The position numbers and the translations under genes are program-made. Source: Batkoa obscura (Eukaryota). Taken from it: a DNA stretch of 64,000 nucleotides. This document shows, piece after piece, positions 52,671 through 64,000 of the stretch. Numbering within the stretch: the first letter of the stretch is position 1; each line of letters starts with the position of its first letter. The stretch spans positions 310,001-374,000 of the forward strand of contig JASVEC010000010.1 in NCBI GenBank assembly GCA_030770535.1. Direction: 5' to 3'. The notes beneath the pieces were generated by a model, which was not told the DNA's origin, did not search any database, and saw only the letters and a program-made list of their open reading frames with translations.

Positions 52671-52809
52671 ATACTATTTTCACAATCCAAGTCTATTTTA
52701 ATTATATAAACTAAAGCCTTTTAACTACAGCTAATTAATTAAGCAAAAACTGTTTTTAATTTTAATTTATATAAACTAAAATAGACTTGAATTATGAAAA
52801 ATGGAGTAT
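52671..52809. mobile_element. Hairpin MITE with ~45-bp TIRs
   Basis: Left arm ATACTATTTTCACAATCCAAGTCTATTTTAATTATATAAA matches the reverse complement of the right arm TTTATATAAACTAAAATAGACTTGAATTATGAAAAATGGAGTAT. Confidence 0.7.
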
Positions 52810-53005
52810 AATAAGCTATAGATTATATGAAATAAACAATATTGCTCTAAAAGTTATATAAAACAATATAAAATTTAAGTTTTATTAAAAAATATAATAT
52901 TAAAAAACAATTTAATAAAAAGCTTTGAATTATTATATTAAGAAGTTTTTTTATATTTTAATTAAATAACTATATATATATAAAACATGACAATAATTAT
53001 TTCTT

Positions 53006-53085
53006 GTTATAATTGCTAAATATAAATATTAAAATAAGGCAATAATATTTTTTATAATGAAGTAATATAAATTTTCACAGCAAAT
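53006..53085 (+). repeat. Dispersed repeat family B copy
   Basis: Collinear match to 742-822. Confidence 0.65.
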
Positions 53086-53212
53086 TTAAATTTATAAACA
53101 TAAAATATGATAAGAAGTAAGTTATATAGAATACTATAATTATAAAGTGTTTATTAGTAATTTATATAAAATAGCGACAATGAATATAATAAATAACAAA
53201 ATAAATATATAT

Positions 53213-53309
53213 GGGGGCGTATTTCTATGTTTAAGAATTTTACTAACAATCTTTCCACTCAAACAGCACTTAAAAGATGAAAAAATGATAAAACCAAAAA
53301 AACATCACT
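53213..53309 (+). mobile_element. MITE family A copy
   Basis: Family core. Confidence 0.8.
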
Positions 53310-53370
53310 GTATCATCTATTAATAGTACCTATAAATAAGTTCAAAAGCTGTCTAAGTATTAATAAATAT

Positions 53371-53466
53371 GGGGATGTTTTTTTTGATTTCATTATTTTT
53401 CCATTTTTTAAGTGTTATTCGAGTGGAAAAATTGTTAGTAAAGTTCTTAAACAAAAAAACACTCCT
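53371..53466 (-). mobile_element. MITE family A copy
   Basis: ATAT|GGGGATG...CACTCCT|ATAT. Confidence 0.85.
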
Positions 53467-54264
53467 ATATATTACTTTAAACTGTAAAAAAGTCAAAATC
53501 GAAAAAAACTTAAATATCAATAAAGTATAAATATAGGCAAAGTTGCCTTTTTAATAAAATCAGTTTTGAAATACTTAATACCAGTAACTAGTAAATAGTT
53601 AAAAATTATAGCTTGTCATTTTTAGCAGATTTGTTTTTTATTCAACCTGTAGTTTAGTCATTATTAGTATACTAATTTTTTCAGTTGAAAACAAAACTAT
53701 AAAATATAATAAGCAGTAATTTATAAATAAGTTAGTTTGAAGACTTGGTTTAATTCTGTCTGATATAGATTTTTAGTAAGGATTGTGAATTAAGCACGAA
53801 GTGCTAGGAATTAGCCGCTTCTTTGCTTAACTTTAAAATTACTCATAGGAATGTTTTTTCAATATTATTTAATACTTCAAAACTTACGCTACTAGAAAAT
53901 GAGCAAAAATGAAATAGTGAATTTTATTCTTAATTTTAATTGAGCTTTTAAATTTACCCAAATAAAAAAGGCAAACCCTATTTATACTTTTTAAAATCTA
54001 TTTATATCTTAAAATGAACAAGGTTGAAAGAGATAGACTAATTTTAGAATGCGGATAATTAACTGGCAGTCAAGTGATTAGGACTAAGGGATACTTACAA
54101 AACAAATATACAGAAAATAGAAGATATAATTACTTTTGATAAAATACAGTTATTGAACAACTTTAAAAGATTTATATGAGAAAATAACAAATAATTTTTT
54201 AAATTTAAAAAAATCAACTCTCAATTTTAAAGTTTGAAAATAAACAGCAGGGATAGATCAAAAT

Positions 54265-54879
54265 ATGGCTCAAGCAAATGCCATCGAGTTATCTACAACT
54301 AATAGTAATGAACCATGGCTAGGAGACACTAATATAAGAATAAATCATTTGAAAAAATTTCATTTAGAGCTACATTACACTTTAAAGCGTAATCTCAATC
54401 AAGTCTGTTATAAAGTAATGATGTATGGTGATATTCATTTGAAAAAAGAATTGAAAGCAGTTATCATACGCACATACATTTTTCGAATAATTTTAACACT
54501 ACCTTTAATTTCAGGAGTGTTATTTGGATTTAGTTATATATTTCTGGATCAAAAATTATACCAATATTACTCCCTAGTTATCATTTTGGGTCTCTCCATC
54601 TTTATTGGTGTTCAAGTATATGTAAATTTATCAAAGTTGATTATATCATTAGATTAATTAAAATTCTAGCTTTTAGATCGACGTCTAAGATCAATACGTG
54701 ATACTGAAACTTTTTTAAGGGTAAATAAGCGTTTAATTCCACGTCTAGAGGCTAATGAAAGGGCAAGTTATGAATTGGAACTTCAAAGGATTATGCATCT
54801 ACCTGATGTGGAGAGAGTAGATTACGTGCCAAAACCACCTAATTATGATCAAATTGATAACTCGCCACCTGGTTATTAA
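54265..54879 (+). CDS. Two-TM PPxY-tail protein, paralog 1 (2 exons)
   Basis: Exons 54265-54621 and 54670-54879; CYKVMMYGD motif, two TM helices, PPNY/PPGY tail. Confidence 0.8.
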
Positions 54880-55643
54880 CCCATCAGCTAATAACTTATT
54901 TTGCTATTTAAGTTTTTTGTTTTTCGTTATCTTAACAAATAAGGAACACAGTTTGACTTAAGAGAGTTTATTATACGAACTACCAGTGTATAAAAACAAG
55001 CTTAATAAAATGAAACTATCTAATTATAACGGACAGTATTATATAAGTTTAAAGTTAGTATAGAATATCCTAATAGGTTGAATACAGCCAAATAAATCTA
55101 GACAAGTGGTTCTTTATAAAAATTTTAACTTGAAAGACTAAGTACAACTATAATAATATAAGTAATATATTTAAGCTTTATTTTAGTATCATTAATAACC
55201 TATAAAAATTACCGTTTTATGTATTAAACTTATTTTTATAGAAAGCTATAGATCCTAAACCCTACAATTATAATTATTTTCTACTACAACAGCTATCGCC
55301 TTTTATAGCCAATATTAAATTTAATAAATTAACCATTTTTACAAGAACATTTTATATTGTGTACCTTAAAATTTCACTAAAACCAAATAGTTATGCACTC
55401 TTTTTAGGACTGTTCACAGCTAACTGGAGGCAAAATGACTACTATTAATATGTTATTTAGCAAAATGGAAAAAAATTAGATAAATAGAAGTATTGTTTCT
55501 AAAAGAGTAAAATTTAAAAAAAAATCTTTTTTACTACATTGATTCAAAAGTTTAAATAGAGAGAGAAAACGATGGTTTTAAATTATTAAAAAAAAAACAA
55601 ATATTTTAAAGTTTAGAAATAACCAGCTATCTTAACTTAGCTT

Positions 55644-56308
55644 ATGAACCTATGGAGTACCATTGAATTATCTACAATGAGGTATGATGCTCAACCTCCA
55701 GAATCTACTGATCCATTACAAGGATTTTATCTGGAGTCGGAATACACTTTAAAGCATAATATTGATCAAGCTTGTTATAAAGTGATGATGTATGGTGATT
55801 TAAGTTTAAAGAAAGAATTAAAAAAAGTAATAATACGCACCTTTTGCTTTCGAATGTTTTTGGTCTTACCTTTAGTATTGAGCGTAGTTTTTGGGGCTTC
55901 ATTTATATTCACAGGTGGAAAGTACTATTTTTATTATCTATTACTTATCTTTTCACTCTTTGTTCTTGGTTTCAGTATTCAGCTTTATGTAAGTCTGTTT
56001 TTCTATTTTCCATACTTATAAATTAATGAAAGTCTTAGTTTTTAATTCATTACTTAAGATCAGTTCGTAGTAGAGAAAGCTATATAAAATTAAATAAGGA
56101 TATGGTCACTCGTTTTGAGACACTTAGAAGGGTAAGAGATCAATTTGTAGGTGAACGGGCAGACCCCCAGCCTGAAACAGAAAGAGCTATGTATACTTTA
56201 CCTCCACCTCCACCAATATATAATGAGTTTGACAATTTGCCACCCTCTTATGAACCTGCCAGTTTATCACCTACTTATGAATCTGTTAATAATTTAGATT
56301 TACATTAA
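55644..56308 (+). CDS. Two-TM PPxY-tail protein, paralog 2 (2 exons)
   Basis: Exons 55644-55988 and 56039-56308; same intron position as paralog 1; CYKVMMYGD, PPIY/PPSY. Confidence 0.8.
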
Positions 56309-56658
56309 AAAACTTCATGTTTTAATTGCTTTCATTTTTTCGAAAAATAATTAATGACAGTTGCTAGAACCATTTAGTATAAACTATTAGCGAATATAAG
56401 CACAGTAAGATAATATTGACTTTAGCGGAAGGTTTAAATATGAATAGTAGTATCGATTTTGGGCGTAAAATTAATTTCTAATGGATTAATATACTATAAT
56501 TTGCTCATCTAAAATAATACTAACCGTAAGCAGGTTTTAATTTTGTATCATGTAATTCTAATAAACTGAATCCTTAATATATAGGCTGCACTACGGTATT
56601 GTAATAATTTTTACGCTGCTATTTAAGAAAAGTAAATTTTTAATTTTGACATCATACG

Positions 56659-56755
56659 AAGGATATTTTTTTGCCTTCATTACTTTTTCCATCTTTTAAG
56701 CGCTATTTGAGTGGAAAAACTATTAACAAATTCTTAAACAAAAAAATACATCCCC
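56659..56755 (-). mobile_element. MITE family A copy
   Basis: Reverse-complement core ending CATCCCC|ATAT. Confidence 0.82.
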
Positions 56756-56922
56756 ATATCGTTTTTACAGTAGTAAGTTAAATATCAAGCATACATCTTT
56801 TTACATTATAATGAAAGTAAATAACCATCCTAAAGTTCACCAATGAAATTCTTTTCAATACATCAATTATTTCTTCTTATAGTCGGAGTTTAGTTTAAAA
56901 ATAAGAACATTTTTCAATGTAT

Positions 56923-57015
56923 GTGGATGTATTTTTGTATTTAGGAATTTTACAATCTTTTTGTTCAAATAGTGCTTAAAAGATGGAGAAAGTAATGGAG
57001 CCAAAAAAAATCCCC
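56923..57015 (+). mobile_element. MITE family A copy
   Basis: Core plus ATCCCC|ATAT. Confidence 0.78.
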
Positions 57016-57043
57016 ATATATTGAATTTTTAATAAAATTAAAT

Positions 57044-58157
57044 GGGGTTGTCCGAATTGGTTTCAGAATTTACTTGGAAGTTAATCCAGATTTAAAATTT
57101 AAAATTTGTGTCTAACGTAATGGTTAAATCTAAAAAGCCTGAATTAAATATCTCTATCTAAAACTTATTCTAATTGTTTCCTTTTCTTAAATAGCTAATT
57201 TTACTAATTATATAAATATACTTATTTGAGTTTATTTTTTGTTGAAATAAAAACAAAATGCAAACTTTCATAACTAAACTTCGAAATGGAATTTTTGAGA
57301 ATTTCAATACAATAGGGAGGAGTACACAATATAAACATTGTAATTCATTTATATCAATTTTGAAAGTTACTTATAACAACCCAAGGTTTATGGAATTTTA
57401 TAATAAAATAAAACAAAGAAAAGATATATTATCAAAGTTTACTATCGATAATGGCGATGTATTTTTGTGTTTAAGAATTTTACTAATAAATTTTCCGCTT
57501 AAACAGCGCTTAAAAAATGGAAAAAATAATGAAGTCAAAAAAAACACTCCCTTATAGAGTCTATAGAAAATAGAAAAAGTAAAAGATCGATCCCAGCTTA
57601 CCTTACGAAGATAACAGAGAATCTAAAACTTTTGATATTTACTAAGCAAGCAAATAGTTTGCTAAATGATAGAAATAGATTACTAAATATTAAGATTACT
57701 TAAGTTATTAATAGCTAAGTTAATAAATAGTCAAAGAACAAGGAATTGTAATAATATGTAAAAACTATTATTATATTACTTGTACTATATAGAGATGGTT
57801 AATTATAGCTTTGGGGCTAACCACTGCCTCCCATGCAGCTATTTATTAACTTGGCAATATATTAATAATGTAATTATAACATTAAAATAGTTATTTATTT
57901 GACAACAAATCTATAATGTTGGTTATAAAGCAGTCGATAATAAATATTCCTCAATAAAGTTTTGTAAGAATATGTATTTAATATTTAATAGAAATTCAAC
58001 TAACTTACAGTATAAACTATAATAGAATGATTTAGAACTGTGTCCAGGTACTTTTGTTTTAATAAAAAATTTGATTTTATATAATTTTAAGCGAAGTTTT
58101 AAAATACAAAATTTTTCAAAAATTAGATAAAATAATCAAACTAATTCAGACAACCCC
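57044..58157. mobile_element. 1.1-kb non-autonomous TIR element
   Basis: 20-bp TIRs GGGGTTGTCCGAATTGGTTT / AAACTAATTCAGACAACCCC (18/20 match), flanked by AAAT on both sides. Confidence 0.75.
57453..57552 (+). mobile_element. MITE family A copy nested in the 1.1-kb TIR element
   Basis: GGCGATG...CACTCCC plus core. Confidence 0.82.
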
Positions 58158-58376
58158 AAATACTAGATGTTTTCCATAGAAATATCTATAGCAAACTAGC
58201 AATAGAACAATTCTTTATTAGCATGCCACCATATAGAATGGAAGAAAAACTTGACAAATAGAGGGATTACAAAAGTAATTTTCCAATTTTAATTAGTTTA
58301 AATAACAAGATAATACTTTGTTTTATTTAAATTATTAGTACAAAGAGCAAAATTAACTAGTAATCACACTCAGACT

Positions 58377-58990
58377 ATGAGCTCATTGAACGTTGTTAAA
58401 TTATCTTTAATCAACAATAGAACATAATTAGAATCTACTAATACAGCTACTGATTCATTAAAAGGGTTTGTATTAAAATTAGAATACACTTTCATACATA
58501 ATCTTCATGAGATATATCATAAAGTAATGATGTATGGTGATGGGAACCTAAAGAAAGCATTAGAAGGATCCATAACTACTATCTATCACTTTCGAATATT
58601 TCTAATCTTGTATTATTTATAGTAATATTTGGAGCTATGATGATACTTGAAGCTGGAGTATAGTTCTTTTATTGTCTATTAGTCGATTTTTTATGTTTTA
58701 TCTTTGACTTTGGTATTCAGCTTTGTGTAAGTTTTTTTGTTTTTTTAGTGTCAGCTAACGAGAACCTTAATTTTTAATTCATTATTTAAAATCCGTTTGT
58801 ATTTTGAAAAGCTATCTAAAATTAAATAAGCTTACAATTATCGTTTTGGGTTGTCTATAAGTGTAAGGGATCAATTGGTAAGTGAATTAATAAGTCCCCA
58901 CCCTGGAATCAAGGCAATAATGTGCATCTCAACTCCTCCAAATCATAATCAAGCTGTCAATTTTCCACCTGGTTATCAACTCATTAGTTA
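58377..58990 (+). pseudogene. Disabled paralog 3 of the PPxY membrane protein family
   Basis: HKVMMYGD and PPGY retained; premature TAA at codon 17, a further stop/frameshift near 58620, and the acceptor AG mutated to AA (~58770). Confidence 0.8.
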
Positions 58991-59064
58991 ATTTCCAATA
59001 ACGTATTAGAACTTAGATAACAACAGATTCATTAAAGCTATTTCGCTTTTATTTGAAAGCAAAT

Positions 59065-59168
59065 GGGGGATATATTTTTGGTCAATAATTTTACTGATAA
59101 ATAGCCTTTCCACTCAAATAATGCTTAAATAATGGAAAAAACAATGAAATAAGAAAAACATACCCACA
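59065..59168 (+). mobile_element. MITE family A copy
   Basis: Family core, degenerate TIRs. Confidence 0.72.
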
Positions 59169-59314
59169 TCATCAAATTTATAAAATTTTGTTGTGTAGTT
59201 AAAGAGTAATTAATTTTTGAGCTCAGAAAATGTTAAAAAGTTTAAGAACAAATAAATTTTGTAAATTAATCCCTCTTTAATTATATGATAAAACTTTATA
59301 AAATTTGATAATAT

Positions 59315-59410
59315 GGTGATATATCTTTTTGTTTAAGAATTTACTAATAATTATTCTACCCAAATAGCGCTTGAAAAATAGAAAAAGTAATGAAGTCAAA
59401 AAACATCCCC
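59315..59410 (+). mobile_element. MITE family A copy
   Basis: Core plus CATCCCC. Confidence 0.8.
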
Positions 59411-59831
59411 ACACGTCAGTTTAATATAATAGTTATTATATTATTAAGTTCAAAAAGTTTTATTAAGTAGTTAAAAAGTTATCAAAGTGCTTTTTAAATA
59501 ATGTTATTTTATTACGCTAGCTCTTTTTTAAAAGTATAACATGAAATTTAATTAAAATCGATAAAAACATAAATTTTAATAAAAAATATTAAAAAAGTTA
59601 AATAAAGATTGTAAAAAAAAGATTTATAACAAAATTTAAAAGTAATGTGAGTAGATTATTTTTAAATCTTTAATAAGAATTCTATTTTATATCATAAAAA
59701 AATCAACATTAGCTGTGACTTTAACTTTAGCTATGGTATTAAAATAACATTTATTATAGCCTTCTAAGCTGAATACTTTTTAAAATATTTATCTTATAAA
59801 GTTCAGTTCAGCTATGTTTTTAATTAAATTA

Positions 59832-59919
59832 GAGACTGTTTTTTTTGGTTTCATTACTTTTTCATTTTTTAAGTGCTATTTGAGTGGAAAGATTGTAGTA
59901 AAATTCTTAAAACACATCT
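59832..59919 (-). mobile_element. MITE family A copy
   Basis: Reverse-complement core. Confidence 0.75.
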
Positions 59920-61357
59920 ATATTAGTTGTTTTAATTAGAGTTTATTTTGACCAAAAGCTAAACCTTTTCGGCAAAATTTACTATAAAAGATTCTACCCA
60001 TGTAACCAATCACTTTCGAATTAAATCTATAATTTTAATAACTTATCATTAATTTGACAATTTTTTAAAATTTATCAATGAAATTTGATTGTTTATACTA
60101 TCATTTATTAGCTTTGATATAATAAGCATCTAGAATACATTTGAAAATGCTAGTGCTATAGATTCTTGACATTGTTTTTCACTTAATAAGGCTTTTTATT
60201 AACATATTGGCTCATATAAAAACTTTAGATTATATAAATTAAGTATTTAAATTATAGCATTTTGGCATTTTGTATTGTATATTAAAAGTATGTTGAGTTG
60301 TAATAGGCTTAGCACCCATTTTATAATTCAGTAGCTATTGAATTTCCATTAAAGAGCTTACAAACTTTCAATATCACCCCATAAACTTGGACATATTGAA
60401 TAAAATATAGAAATTTTTATAGTTTAAATTAACACAATCAACATCAACTTTTGAAAAAAGTAAAAATTTTACTATTTATTCTTTAGCATCAACCTTTATC
60501 AATTCTGATTTCTATATTCATTTTTAGTCCGTTTTTAACTCCATAAAATAAAACCATTAGCATTGTTTTACTTTAAGGTCTAAAAAGGCCAAGAATTTAT
60601 AAATAAACCTGTTATTAATTATAATCTCCATATAAACATAACGTAAATGATGTTACTATTAAGATACTATTATAATTCTAAATAAGAATGAATTTAAAAA
60701 TCAAAAGTAATTTTATAGTTACTTTATTTTAATTTTTTAAAACTCACTTCATCCGATTTAAAAATCCAAGTATTATCCGATTCAAGGTCAACTCAATTCA
60801 AAAGGCTCGGCTTACGGATCAATTGAGTTTATAGGCTAAACATTAGCAATCTTTTTGCTTCAACAATCAGTATTTTCAGGGTAATTAAAAGTAATGAAAA
60901 AGTAGGCCCTTGACACTTATTCCTGAAAGAAAATAACGAACAATTAGTGGCTAATTTTACTCCCTTAAAGAAAATAGCTTAAAAAAGCGTATGATTTACC
61001 TTTTATGTCCATTTTATAACTTTGCTTAAAATCATCGCAAATACCTCTCCAACTCTTTTATAACTTTTTAGTGATAAATTTTACAACTTAATTATTACGT
61101 AATTTTTTTTTGTGGTCAATTATCATATTATATCAATTTTAGCTTAAATTTTATTCCTAAATGTGGAGTTAAAAACTTTGTAAAAAGCCGCAACAGCCAT
61201 ATAGAATTTTTTGTTAATTATGACAAGTGAATTCAAATTCAACTGCGATCACCAATAAAATTGTGTCATTTAAAACATTAAAAATTACTAACGTTTAAGA
61301 AAGAGTATAAAACGACAAAGTGATTTAAAATCAATTTATTTATTTTAAGTTTTAATC

Positions 61358-62836
61358 ATGAATTTTAAAGAAGCTTTATTTTATTTATTTATAACAATTA
61401 GTGTAGGCGCATGGATGATACTAATGGCAATCAATATAATAAGTTTAATTCTATGTAAATATCAATATAAAACATATCGAGAAATTAAAGATGAGCCTAT
61501 AACGAACTCAAAAGACGCCCCATTTGTTAGTGTATTGCGACCATTGTGTGGCTTAGAATATAAATTAAAACAAAATTTAGAGTCCTCATTCTTACAAGAT
61601 TATCCCAATTTTGAATTGATATTTAATGTAAAGAGCAGTGAAGATGCATGTATACCATTAGTATTAGAATTAATCCAAAAATACCCTAATATAGACGCTA
61701 AATTAATCATTGACGAAGATCAAAAAGGGGTCAATCCAAAAGTTAGTAATTTATTAAAAGCATATGAGCAGAGTCGACACGATCTAATATGGGTTTGCGA
61801 TTCCAATATTTTTTTAAATAAAGGGTGTTTATCTCGTTCAGCTAAATTAATGATGGAAGAAAATGTGGGTTTAGTACATCATTTACCTGTGGGTATAGAT
61901 GGTACTACTTTTGGTTCTCAATTAGAGAGTATGTTTTTAAATACAGCTCATGCTAAGATGTATACATTATTAAATTATTTTATATTTGAACCTTGTGTGG
62001 TTGGTAAATCCTGTTTATATAGAAAGAGTGATTTGGCTTGTGTTGGCAGTATGAAAGCATTTGAAAATCAATTAGCAGAAGATTTTTTTATTGCTAAAGC
62101 TATTTGGGATCAAGGATTAAAAATTAAAATGCCTTATGATTTAGCTTATAATCGATTAGGATCTATTTCTACTTCGGCTTATTTTAATAGAAGATCAAGG
62201 TGGTGTAGATTAAGAAAATATATTGTACCACAAGCTACTATCATTGAACCGTTTACTGAGTCCATTTTAAATGGAATGTTAGCTTCTTATGGTTTTAGCT
62301 ATTTGTTAAATATTTCCATTTTTAACTTTTTTGCTTACCATTTAGTAGTATGGTTTTTATTAGATTTTCAACTAAATCAGCAACTTATTGGAAATAAGTT
62401 AAATTTAAAAGAATTACAACGTTTTATGGTTATTTGGGCATTTAGAGAATTAACTGCATTACCTTTATATCTTTATTCAGTTTTAGGTTCTACATTTACA
62501 TGGCGTGGTCAAACTTATCGTATTACTTCTGGTTCTTATGCTGTACCTGAAGATAATGTATCGCTCTTTCACCCTGTTTTTCATCATCCTATTTTCTTGA
62601 AATTCATTGATTACTTATTTTATAGTATTGATTTTATAGCGGATATTTTAATGAAATCTCAAAGAAATGGTAATCCAGAGATGGAATTTACACCAAAGTC
62701 ATCACCACAGTCCATTTCAAAACCCTTGTTAGAAACCGATGCTACTAGTTATTCTTCTTGTTCTCATAGTTCTTATCAAATGGGCTTGGATTCTGAAGAA
62801 GAACTTCGAGATATTGATTTTCCTAATTCAAAATAA
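61358..62836 (+). CDS. GCS1: Ceramide glucosyltransferase (GT21 glucosylceramide synthase)
   Basis: VSVLRPLCG, QDYPNFEL, GVNPKVSNL, WVCDSN, VVGKS, LAED, RRSRWCRLRK and EPFTES. Confidence 0.93.
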   Translation: MNFKEALFYLFITISVGAWMILMAINIISLILCKYQYKTYREIKDEPITNSKDAPFVSVLRPLCGLEYKLKQNLESSFLQDYPNFELIFNVKSSEDACIPLVLELIQKYPNIDAKLIIDEDQKGVNPKVSNLLKAYEQSRHDLIWVCDSNIFLNKGCLSRSAKLMMEENVGLVHHLPVGIDGTTFGSQLESMFLNTAHAKMYTLLNYFIFEPCVVGKSCLYRKSDLACVGSMKAFENQLAEDFFIAKAIWDQGLKIKMPYDLAYNRLGSISTSAYFNRRSRWCRLRKYIVPQATIIEPFTESILNGMLASYGFSYLLNISIFNFFAYHLVVWFLLDFQLNQQLIGNKLNLKELQRFMVIWAFRELTALPLYLYSVLGSTFTWRGQTYRITSGSYAVPEDNVSLFHPVFHHPIFLKFIDYLFYSIDFIADILMKSQRNGNPEMEFTPKSSPQSISKPLLETDATSYSSCSHSSYQMGLDSEEELRDIDFPNSK

Positions 62837-63000
62837 GCTTGATTATTTATTAAATTTTACAGTGTAAATTAAAATCAAATCTATTATTATAAGATCATTT
62901 TTTTGGCTATTATTATAATAAAAATAACTCTTATTACATATAAAGATAATGTATATATAATTTACCATTGTACTAATCTAATAATTTAATTTAATTTAAT

Positions 63001-63098
63001 GGGACTGTTTTTTTTTAATTTCATTATTTTTCCATTTTTTAAGCGCTATTTAAGTGGAAAGATTACAGTAAAATTCTTAAACAAAAAAATACATCCCC
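63001..63098 (-). mobile_element. MITE family A copy
   Basis: TAAT|GGGACTG...CATCCCC|TAAT (4-bp TSD). Confidence 0.85.
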
Positions 63099-63357
63099 TA
63101 ATTATAATTATCCCAAAAGAAATTATTTAAAATCTTTCTAATTGGATTTATTTATACTACCAAATACTTTGAATTATACTATAAAGAAATATTCAGTCTA
63201 TTCCACATTAATGTCTTATTTTTCCACCATTTCGGTCAACGAATTTGATGATTAATATGAGATAGATCGAATATCTAACCCTTATACTAGAGATAATATC
63301 CTAAATTTAGTATAAAAAGCAATATTAACCTTATATTCCTATCCAAATCAAAACATA

Positions 63358-63449
63358 GGGATGTTTTTCGGCTTCATCACTTTTTCTATTTTTAAGCACT
63401 ATTTGAATAAAAGATTGTTAGTAGAATTCTTAAACATAAATACATCCAC
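63358..63449 (-). mobile_element. MITE family A copy
   Basis: GGGATG...CATCCAC, reverse-complement core. Confidence 0.78.
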
Positions 63450-63862
63450 ATATCCTCTCTTATCTTCTTAAAATGCACTGTAATTTTTTGTTTTTCTTTA
63501 ATGAAATATCTCAAATTTATCACTATTAAGATGAAATCAAATATGAAAATAAGGCAGATTTCAAGTCATTCAATCTCATTGGTTTATAGTAAACTATAGC
63601 AGTTTAAATAAGTTAAGATTTATAAGAATATTTTGAAAAAGTTATTAAATAGTATTTAGGCTAAATATAGCATATTGAAATCATTAAATAGAGAGGATCA
63701 TGTTGTTAGATAGAGTCCAGATTTTAAATATTAAATGATAAGAAATTTAATCCTTTGAACTTTTCAAAATGCTTACTAACTGTTTATTTGAGTCTAATAG
63801 AACAATGTCTTTATGGATTTAAGTTCACTTAACTTTTCAAAAAATGATAAATGATTAGTATA

Positions 63863-63950
63863 GGTATGCTTTTTTCCATTTCTTTTTCTCTTTTTTAAAC
63901 GCTATTTAGTAAAATAACTGTTAGTAAAATTATTAGCAAAAAAATACATA
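63863..63950 (-). mobile_element. MITE family A copy (degenerate)
   Basis: Eroded reverse-complement core. Confidence 0.6.
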
Positions 63951-64000
63951 TTTTATTACTAACTTTATTAATATAAAAAAGCTTATCGAATAAAATAACT

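Noticed and set aside
6717..55902. Small antisense or overlapping ORFs (e.g. 6717, 12625, 16610, 18670, 30419, 38210, 55705)
   Set aside because: Shadows of genuine genes on the opposite strand or in another frame.
60790..60830. AACTCAATT...AATTGAGTT hairpin as an ncRNA or tRNA
   Set aside because: Only a 9-bp AT-rich stem; no cloverleaf or snoRNA boxes.

Overview
Very AT-rich eukaryotic DNA with many short (~40-70 nt) GT-AG introns. The genes are fungal (Zn2Cys6 factor, KRE6/SKN1, NCA2, GCS1), and the composition suggests an early-diverging fungus, possibly Zoopagomycota/Entomophthorales (inference). About 23 protein-coding loci are present: Zn2Cys6 TF, NCA2, bZIP-like, DRG2/RBG2, KRE6, SERTA-like, a secreted protein, TVP15-like, RPL35, GAR1, TIF6, a TPR protein, PSP1, FPGS/MET7, LSM1, CK2-beta, a CLC channel, glucosylceramide synthase, and a tandem family of PPxY membrane proteins with one pseudogene. 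Two intronless orphan-like genes in a gene-poor stretch (43-54 kb) stand out: a stand-alone, divergent EF-Tu G-domain protein (44287-44916) and a small HARE-HTH-like protein ending in a PP1-docking RVxF motif (49395-49934) behind a dense CCAAT cluster. Intergenic DNA holds ~25 copies of a ~100-bp MITE (GGGGATG...CATCCCC, 4-bp A/T TSDs) showing CpG decay, plus several other TIR elements. Exon boundaries were read by eye and are approximate.
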